Positions 52,319 to 59,188 of a stretch of DNA of 60,014 bases are shown one piece after another. The translations under genes and the position numbers were made by a program. The number at the start of each line of letters is the position of its first letter. Position 1 is the stretch's first letter. The notes under the pieces are model-generated. The model was given only the letters and a program-made list of their open reading frames with translations. It was not told the origin of the DNA and did not search any database. Source of the stretch: a virus. Its lineage: Duplodnaviria > Caudoviricetes. The stretch lies in the IMG/VR virus record IMGVR_UViG_3300008261_000019, positions 1 to 60,014 of that record. One strand, written 5' to 3'.

Positions 52319-52377
52319 TTCTTCATAATGCAGCCATTGACGGTCACAAGCCCGTATGAGAAATGCAGAGTGGGAAG
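52319..52377 (+). ncRNA. Twister ribozyme (type P1)
   Basis: cttca-TAA-TGCA-GC-cattga-CGG-TC-ACAAGC-CCG-tatgagaaa-TGCA-GAG-tggg matches twister architecture; predicted cleavage between U52326 and A52327. Confidence 0.85.
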
Positions 52378-52623
52378 TCATATCACGGAAAGGAGTTGAT
52401 GAGGTGCTAAACAACTTGCAGTGCTCCACCATTGCAAGCCTAGCAGTACGGGCGCTACAACGTCGTCAGTCAGAATCGTTTACCAGGAATACCATGCCAC
52501 TTTTACTGAATTTCTTGGGCATGGAGATGTTCTTAAATTCTTGGTTCCATGGGGACGCCTGTGAATTGCAGTGGACGTGCAATCTAACAAGACGTTACTA
52601 CTACACGAAAGGAGGTGATTTTT

Positions 52624-53157
52624 ATGTTTGATTGGCTAGCAGAATACGACAAAGGTATCCCCATTGAAGAAAATGAAACATCTAACATCGATGAGTTCCG
52701 TATCGCCTACGAATACCAAGACCTCAAAGAAACACTTGGTATCGCTCATCACAACTTCAATCAATCAGAAGAGGCATTTTTATTAGCACTCAAATCTGAT
52801 GACCTCAGTACCTTTGCCTATCACTACAGACGGTTTTTAGGTTTTAACCGCCAAGCTAGCATCTTTGTCGATGCTTCTGTAGCCATGATGAGACGTAATG
52901 CTGAGTTGGGTTATCTTGGGATTGATGAAGACAAAGCATTTAGACGCTATTGGAGATATGCTGGATTTAAGTTTCATAACCAGCAAATCACTGATACGTT
53001 TAAGAACTTGCAAGTTACGCCAGTATCTAAACCAGAAGAGAGGAGGGACCTGAACCTAAATGTTCCTGATTTCAAAGAATTCCCGATTGAAATTAGTGCA
53101 GCGCACCGTCTCGACCCATATGGGTTCAATACTGACGGATTTGGGCATTTCTATTGA
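52624..53157 (+). CDS. Hypothetical protein
   Basis: Perfect SD GAAAGGAGGTGAT followed by ATG at 52624; the ORF track starts at 52615. Confidence 0.7.
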   Translation: MFDWLAEYDKGIPIEENETSNIDEFRIAYEYQDLKETLGIAHHNFNQSEEAFLLALKSDDLSTFAYHYRRFLGFNRQASIFVDASVAMMRRNAELGYLGIDEDKAFRRYWRYAGFKFHNQQITDTFKNLQVTPVSKPEERRDLNLNVPDFKEFPIEISAAHRLDPYGFNTDGFGHFY

Positions 53158-53428
53158 TGATTTTATTGTTAATAGAATTGAAATTGTAGAAAGTCGAATT
53201 CATGGGTATACAGGTAATCCATCCGAGAGAAGTAGCATTCATATTTATTTATCTCTACCTGTATTGTTCTCAAATTCTTTAATGGCTTTCAAGCCCGTTG
53301 CTCGTCGCTTTATTTGCTTCGAATTGGTCAAAGAACTATACCACTACTGGTCTAGTATCAATCGCATTGAATATAACCCAGCTTGGGCTGAATCTTATGC
53401 CGAACAGTGGGTCAAGGAAAATCTGTAA
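53060..53428 (+). CDS. Hypothetical protein
   Basis: Overlaps the previous ORF; true start is probably the ATG near 53120. Confidence 0.5.
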   Translation: MFLISKNSRLKLVQRTVSTHMGSILTDLGISIDDFIVNRIEIVESRIHGYTGNPSERSSIHIYLSLPVLFSNSLMAFKPVARRFICFELVKELYHYWSSINRIEYNPAWAESYAEQWVKENL

Positions 53429-53432
53429 TACC

Positions 53433-53460
53433 CGTCCTGAGCATGACGTTAAAAGGCTTC
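53433..53460 (+). ncRNA. Compact H-type pseudoknot motif, copy 1
   Basis: CGTC-CTGAGCAT-GACG-TTAAAAG-GCTT; loop GAGC pairs with GCTT. Confidence 0.5.
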
Positions 53461-53494
53461 CTCTTCATGAGGACTAAAAAAGGGAGGCAAAACA

Positions 53495-53971
53495 ATGCCA
53501 AAATCACCACATGCAAACTGGTCTGTATGGTCATTACTTCACCTTGAAGACAATGATGTCGTATATGGACCAAAAGTCTCAATCGATAAAATTGAGAAAA
53601 TCGTCAACACCCTGCAACCACCCATCAAGGTGATTGTAAGAGTTGATAATCGCGAGACCATCATCAAAGAAATGGCGTTCAAAGCCAAGGAGTCAGGTTG
53701 CGAAATCCATCTCGAAGACAATCGTAATCCCCGACATCCCATTCCCCACATGAACGACGACTGGTCAATGGTCCGTTATCGTGGTGGAGTAATCATTAAC
53801 GGTAAGCCCGAGACCGTAACACAGGCAATTAATGATGAGATTTATGGCTATAAACAAGACCTCATTGTTAGGTACGATTTAAAGCGTTACATCATTGATG
53901 AGGCATTGTATTCCGCCGAGATTCAGCGCAAGTACGATGTCTTATTACTTGAGCCAGTAGCCCGTCACTAA
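53495..53971 (+). CDS. Hypothetical protein
   Basis: SD AGGGAGG; 158 aa. Confidence 0.75.
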   Translation: MPKSPHANWSVWSLLHLEDNDVVYGPKVSIDKIEKIVNTLQPPIKVIVRVDNRETIIKEMAFKAKESGCEIHLEDNRNPRHPIPHMNDDWSMVRYRGGVIINGKPETVTQAINDEIYGYKQDLIVRYDLKRYIIDEALYSAEIQRKYDVLLLEPVARH

Positions 53972-53978
53972 ATCCCCC

Positions 53979-54015
53979 AGCACCCTGACAGATGGTGCTC
54001 TATAAATAGTCTGTC
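53979..54015 (+). ncRNA. Compact H-type pseudoknot motif, copy 2
   Basis: AGCACC-CTGACAGAT-GGTGCT-CTATAAATAG-TCTGTC; loop GACAGA pairs with TCTGTC. Confidence 0.55.
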
Positions 54016-54040
54016 CACTTTACTAAAAGGAGATAGTGAT

Positions 54041-54553
54041 ATGCAAAAAATCAAAGTTAACTTGCCTGTACAGAGGTCGTACTCAAACATTGTTGGCTTC
54101 CAGGTCAAGGGAGTTCCTTACTCGAATCAGCAATGGATTCGTCTCGAGTCTGATAACCCGGAGGGGCTTATTCCGGAAATGAACGTATCGCTTAATGTAG
54201 GCCCTGGCATGTCGCTTTACATTGGTCGTAATGACCAGAATGTATACCGCTTTGGTCTTTGGTACGAAGATGAAACCCTTCGCCCAGGGCACGGGGGCTT
54301 TTGGTCATCAAACTGCGAGTTTGTTCGGGAACAGACAGGAATTGACCTAGTTCCAATCAGTATTGCAAAACCAGGCGACACGGGAATTGCGGCTTACATG
54401 CGAGCAGACATTCTTGCGCTGATATCAATTAAATTTGGCTACAGACTAGTATGGGGTCGCTTTTATTATGATGACCCTCACTGGCATGCAGTTCCGATTG
54501 GTCAACCAAATCCTGAAGAACTTCCACCTCAGGAAAAGTGGTGGAAAGATTAA
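54041..54553 (+). CDS. Hypothetical protein
   Basis: SD AAGGAG; 170 aa. Confidence 0.75.
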   Translation: MQKIKVNLPVQRSYSNIVGFQVKGVPYSNQQWIRLESDNPEGLIPEMNVSLNVGPGMSLYIGRNDQNVYRFGLWYEDETLRPGHGGFWSSNCEFVREQTGIDLVPISIAKPGDTGIAAYMRADILALISIKFGYRLVWGRFYYDDPHWHAVPIGQPNPEELPPQEKWWKD

Positions 54554-54613
54554 TCCCGCCTGACGAGTCCTAAAGGACGAAACCTGTAGCCTTCGGGCTA
54601 TGGGTCGTGGGAT
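54553..54613 (+). ncRNA. Hammerhead ribozyme (type I)
   Basis: Stem I ATCCCGC/GTGGGAT; core CTGACGA; stem II GTCC-taaa-GGAC; GAAA; stem III ACCTGTAGCC-ttcg-GGCTATGGGT; GTC triplet with cleavage after C54606. Confidence 0.93.
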
Positions 54614-54925
54614 ATGATTTACCCACAATTTATACAGAAAGGAAGTGATGGCCATCTGTATCGTAGTGCTCCACCACTACCGCTACAGAAAATCCCCTGC
54701 AACACGACCAATCATCAAGACGCTACACACACCCTCTACGTACTCCACGTACACCCTGTCGTCCCGTCGTCAAAGTCAGTTGTCTGTCGTTAACTTTCGC
54801 CCATTTAGTGAGTTCATGGGCGAAGAGAGTCACATAAACTCTTGTTTCCATGGCTAGCCGTGTGAGGGTTTATAAACGCTCAAGCTAATCAGCCGTAAGG
54901 CAAAACTAAAAGGAGGTATCCCACG

Positions 54926-55582
54926 ATGGATACAAACAAAGACAAAATGATGGCATTCTTGTCATCAATGACCGAAGAGCAAGCTTCAACTTTCATGGCA
55001 ATGCTTTCGCAACAAGAAGCTCCTGTCACAACTAAACCAATTGAAGTAACATGCGCACCATCAGTTGCACCGTTCTTTGCAGTAATTATTAATGAACCGT
55101 GGTTTCATGCAACAATCGATATGTATCCGGTAGCAGGCGGTTGGTCGGAATGGAAGTTTGCTGACCTTGCAAAAGCAAAAATGGCTGAATTTAAGATTGC
55201 TGAAGATTCCGATACTGCTGGCGATGCATGGGTTTTTCTTAATCGTATGCTTGGTCTTACTGGTAGCAAGGAGGACCGTTGTTTTATCGCTGAAGCTGTA
55301 TGCGAAATGTTGGGTATGGAGTACAGACATTCTTACCGCGTAGCAGACAAAGTATCTGATGTCATTGCCTGGGCAGTTGATAAAACTGGTATTAGCATTC
55401 AATGGGTTGGCAATAAAGTCGTTCTTGTTGGTGAATGGACGCAAGACCGCGCACCTGATGCTGGCGGCTTAGTAGGCAAGCCTCTTCGCTGGGCAACTGA
55501 TGTAGTCAGCAATGGCAAGCAAAATATCAGCAACTTGAAGCAAGCGTATAATCAAGTGAAAGACAACAAAGCCACTGAGTAA
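54926..55582 (+). CDS. Hypothetical protein
   Basis: SD AAGGAGGT; 218 aa. Confidence 0.75.
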   Translation: MDTNKDKMMAFLSSMTEEQASTFMAMLSQQEAPVTTKPIEVTCAPSVAPFFAVIINEPWFHATIDMYPVAGGWSEWKFADLAKAKMAEFKIAEDSDTAGDAWVFLNRMLGLTGSKEDRCFIAEAVCEMLGMEYRHSYRVADKVSDVIAWAVDKTGISIQWVGNKVVLVGEWTQDRAPDAGGLVGKPLRWATDVVSNGKQNISNLKQAYNQVKDNKATE

Positions 55583-56109
55583 TCGGTGGTTTTCCTGTCT
55601 ATCAGGAGGAATGAGGGTTTATCCCTTTTCCTTGAGTACATCTGATTAGGTGTATTCAAGGAAGACGGATATGCCAGTTGCTATCTGGTCTTCAAAAATT
55701 TAATCCGAAAGGAGGTGATTTATTATTTCACCAGCACTATCCCGCACCAAGGGGAGTGGAGAGTCAAGCGCAAGTCGAGATGTAGCCTACCAGTATTCGT
55801 AGTTTTACTTTCATCTAACAAACAAAGGCACCCGACGTTTTTTGCGCTACTTATCCCTGCGGAGGTGAGCTAGTTGCACGTGGAAGTCGTTCAGTCAAGC
55901 AAGTCCTGTCGTCCGTCGGTATCGTTCAGTCGCTCAAGTCAAGTTGTCAGTCGGTGTAATCAAGCAGATGCTTTTCTTATCTATGGGGAGGTCTGGGGTC
56001 TAACATAGATGGCTCCATGGGATTGTCTTCTCATACGCAGTAAACGCTCAAGCTAATTGCCTGTAGCTCAAATTCAAAACCACCAAAAATAAAGGGAGAT
56101 GTATTTATC

Positions 56110-57042
56110 ATGATGAAAATTCAAAACGTTCAAGTTATCAGCACAAACGAGGTGACTCGTGCAATTAAGGTTGCTCTGGAGAATGGCAAATGCTTTACGG
56201 CTGGCTTCTCTGCAACAACACCAGATTTTATGATTCAACGCACCAACGGCGTAGTCGCATCCACAACGAAGTCTGCAGTTATTGCATCTTTCAAAGGCCA
56301 TATGGATATCACTGATATCAAGACACTTGCAGAACACATCAATGCATTGCGTCCGGTGGTATTCGGCAAGTCAACGCAAAACGTAAACATCCTGCCAAAA
56401 GTTAAAAAGGAATACAAAGCAACTTGTGCATGCTGCGGTGTTGGTTTGACTGATAAAGTCATTGATTTCTGCAATCGCAAGTTGTTCGGTGAAATGGTTT
56501 GTTTTGATTGCCAAAAAGGTCCGAAAGGTCCTAAGAAGGAGGGCGCGAGCGAAGCGAGCGCCCCTACTCCTTCCTCCATTTCAGCTCCTCAAGTATCTGT
56601 TCAGGACTCTGCTCCTGTAGCAGATGCTCTTGAGGATATGCGTTTAGAAATGGAGGAGATTCGTAAACAAATGGAATCAGACCCTGATTGGATTGATTCC
56701 ATTTCTGTTACAACTACTATTCCTAGGGCGAGCGAAGCGAGCGTAAGAACCAAATGCACAAAATGCGATGGTTCTGGTAAACTCCATTTTTATGTGCATG
56801 TACAAAATGGAGTATGCTTCCGATGCAAAGGCAGAGGGTATTTTAGCGCTAAGCCAAAAAACACTGCTCCTTCAAGCCTGAAGGAGTCAGAGGATGTTGT
56901 CGTTACTGATAACGAAAAAACACCTATCTCAGAGCAGTCATCCGCTGAGGTAGGTGTGGTTATATCGAACGATGCCGTGGCCTGGACGAAGTCGCTTGAA
57001 GAAAGTTTACTGGAGAGCGACTTGGTGGCAGACCGGAATTAA
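56110..57042 (+). CDS. Zinc-finger protein with DnaJ-type CxxCxGxG repeats
   Basis: CACC...CFDC and CTKCDGSG...CFRCKGRG; SD AGGGAG. Confidence 0.75.
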   Translation: MMKIQNVQVISTNEVTRAIKVALENGKCFTAGFSATTPDFMIQRTNGVVASTTKSAVIASFKGHMDITDIKTLAEHINALRPVVFGKSTQNVNILPKVKKEYKATCACCGVGLTDKVIDFCNRKLFGEMVCFDCQKGPKGPKKEGASEASAPTPSSISAPQVSVQDSAPVADALEDMRLEMEEIRKQMESDPDWIDSISVTTTIPRASEASVRTKCTKCDGSGKLHFYVHVQNGVCFRCKGRGYFSAKPKNTAPSSLKESEDVVVTDNEKTPISEQSSAEVGVVISNDAVAWTKSLEESLLESDLVADRN

Positions 57043-57083
57043 AGTGTCGGTAGGCAAGTGAATATAATTATTCGTGAATTTAT

Positions 57084-57132
57084 TACCTGGTATGCTTAAG
57101 CATACCAGGTATTTATATATAAGTCAAATTAA
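57084..57132 (+). promoter_or_regulatory. Palindromic leader element, copy 1
   Basis: TACCTGGTATGCTT/AAGCATACCAGGTA, a 9-nt spacer, then AAGTCAAATTAA. Confidence 0.55.
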
Positions 57133-57146
57133 AAAATAAAAGGAGA

Positions 57147-57752
57147 ATGAATATGTCAATTAACATTTTTGCATTTAAATCTTCAGGAACTAAGATACCG
57201 GTTGATGTGTCTGGTGTAACCAGACTTGTCTCACTCCGTAATAAACCGGATACAAATATCTTATATGGCCTTATTGGTGATGGCGGAAAGTTCTACTGGG
57301 ATACAACGTACTCCCTTCCGCTTGTTCACGTTAAACAATATACAAAGATGCCTAAGCAACAGGTCCGACGTGTGGCTAAGGCATTTATCTGCGGTTATAT
57401 TAATAAACTCGTTGAGTCACGTCTAACAGACAACAAAAGTCCTATGCATTTTGAATCCATTGAACGAACAGAAGAGTATCTAAGACGAGCTACTGCAAGT
57501 GCGGAGTCTGAAGGACGTATCTCTGGAGTACCGAGATGGATGAGGGAAAATTGCAAGGTATGGACGCCTTGTTACTCAAGGACCACTGGGGAGTTGTTAT
57601 ATTACCGTAGAACGAAGTATACATCCGATGATGTTACTCGAGCACTGGTTGCTCGGTACTTACCATTGTGTGCTGGATGTATCCTTCGTGTAGATTGCGA
57701 TAAGCCATGTAATGCTCCGGAGTCTGTATCCGTAAAGACCTTTATTTCCTGA
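57147..57752 (+). CDS. Hypothetical protein
   Basis: SD AAGGAG; 201 aa; C-terminal Cys cluster. Confidence 0.7.
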   Translation: MNMSINIFAFKSSGTKIPVDVSGVTRLVSLRNKPDTNILYGLIGDGGKFYWDTTYSLPLVHVKQYTKMPKQQVRRVAKAFICGYINKLVESRLTDNKSPMHFESIERTEEYLRRATASAESEGRISGVPRWMRENCKVWTPCYSRTTGELLYYRRTKYTSDDVTRALVARYLPLCAGCILRVDCDKPCNAPESVSVKTFIS

Positions 57753-57802
57753 TATGGCACCCGGGGAGGTATTATTTATATTCGTAATTAATTTATTATC
57801 TC

Positions 57803-57852
57803 TACCTGGTACACTGTAAGTGTACCAGGTATTCTGATAAAAGTCAAATTAA
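57803..57852 (+). promoter_or_regulatory. Palindromic leader element, copy 2
   Basis: TACCTGGTACACT-gta-AGTGTACCAGGTA, a 9-nt spacer, then AAGTCAAATTAA. Confidence 0.55.
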
Positions 57853-57870
57853 TCAAAGGAGAGATTTATT

Positions 57871-58257
57871 ATGATGAATGATTTTCAACAAGACAGAGAA
57901 GTATCAAACTTTAATCAAGTCAAAGAGATGTACCGTGATTACTTTGGGCCTTATGTTCAGACAGATGCTGATAAGGATTTCTTTAATCAGCTCTGGCTTG
58001 CAGCTTGTTCTTGTGCCCTATTTTACCTCGATGAAGTGTACTTGAAAGGCTTCAAGTACTCCAAGGAAGAGGTCACATCTGATTATCTTGCAGATAAGGT
58101 CTGGGCAGTAAATAATCCGTTTCGCCCGATGAAGCCGTTTGGCCTGTATCAACCAGTTAAGAGAAAGGTCTTTACCTCAGGTAATAAGCAGTATGTTTTG
58201 TATACTTACTACAATCATGATACTGACTTTCTCTTCTTGCGGGTCTTTTGTGATTAA
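57871..58257 (+). CDS. Hypothetical protein
   Basis: SD AAGGAG; 128 aa. Confidence 0.7.
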   Translation: MMNDFQQDREVSNFNQVKEMYRDYFGPYVQTDADKDFFNQLWLAACSCALFYLDEVYLKGFKYSKEEVTSDYLADKVWAVNNPFRPMKPFGLYQPVKRKVFTSGNKQYVLYTYYNHDTDFLFLRVFCD

Positions 58258-58425
58258 TCAATTTCCAGTTGCAATGAGTGAAAAAAGTCCATTTTGGCCT
58301 AGAGCAGGTGCAACTGATTGTTACTTATTTGCACCTGTTTCTTTATTTTTAGAGATAATTGGCCTTAGCCGAATTGGAAGTAATGGAAACGATTGTCAGT
58401 ATTATAAGCTTGTGAAACAGAATAA

Positions 58426-58441
58426 TGTTTCACGTGGAACA
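58426..58441. promoter_or_regulatory. parS: parS site (Spo0J/ParB binding)
   Basis: TGTTTCACGTGGAACA is the reverse complement of TGTTCCACGTGAAACA, matching the Bacillus parS consensus TGTTNCACGTGAAACA. Confidence 0.88.
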
Positions 58442-58459
58442 TTTCTTACTCCTACACAT

Positions 58460-58475
58460 TGTTTCACGTGGAACA
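58460..58475. promoter_or_regulatory. parS: parS site (Spo0J/ParB binding)
   Basis: Second identical TGTTTCACGTGGAACA, 34 bp from the first. Confidence 0.88.
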
Positions 58476-58667
58476 AATACATCGGTCCCCGCGCTTCGCG
58501 CTCAGTCCTATTAGCAAAAGTGAGTTATCGATTTTCAACGATTTTTGGCTATTACGCATCAATTATCGTTGATTTCTGTTACAAAAATATCGATTTTCAA
58601 CGGAAAAGAGGTGAGAAAAATGAGCTTTTTGAGGTTTATGAGATATAATTACTCGAAATGTGAGGTG

Positions 58668-58757
58668 CTAGGCCCAAGGGGGTTTTTGATGTCTATTGAA
58701 GGCCCAATCCCTGTTTTGGAGGTTATTGAAGGCCCGATGGCTCTTTTGGAGGTTATT
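58668..58757. repeat. Three imperfect 30-bp tandem repeats
   Basis: GGCCC at 58671, 58701 and 58731, each followed by TTTT(G)GA(T/G)GT(C/T)TATT. Confidence 0.7.
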
Positions 58758-59188
58758 ACTGATTTCATGTCTTTCTTAAGCTCTTTTGAGGATATATTCC
58801 TTCCTTACTCTACTCATGATACTTACTACTCTTCTTACTGTTTACTACCGATTACTCTTGCTTATTTTCCTTATTATTATTCTTTTAATCTTGGTTATTG
58901 CTCTTTGGTATTAGGATTAACTCCTTCTTACCGTTTCCGAGCGATGGATTTTAATTCTTTCCAATCCGCGGTAATTATACATGGATATCATTACCTTCAT
59001 GATAATTACTCCTTATTTTCCCGTTCGCTGGCGCTCTGTCGTGCTCCTTGTTACTTTCCTGTTGTGCTTGGTTTCCCGTTCGCCATCGGTGCTCCTGTCG
59101 TGGTCCTGATGGCGATTTATGATTTTTATTTATTTCTTATCAGTTCATTTTTATTTATCATTCTAATTTTAATTAAAAAGGGAGATTG

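Noticed and set aside
53433-53475. Pistol ribozyme or preQ1 riboswitch
   Set aside because: Only the first stem and A-rich linker resemble them; the pistol P2/P3 catalytic region and the preQ1 loop consensus are missing
52356-54857. ORFs 52356-52631 and 54645-54857 as paralogous peptides (RRQS...NS.FHG)
   Set aside because: Their similarity is explained by the shared nucleotide element; the third copy has an in-frame stop, and the starts overlap a ribozyme or have poor SD spacing. Not fully excluded.
55872-55887. Third parS-like site AGTTGCACGTGGAAGT
   Set aside because: Several mismatches in both outer arms
58668-58757. CRISPR mini-array
   Set aside because: Units are contiguous tandem repeats without unique 30-40 nt spacers, and no cas genes are present
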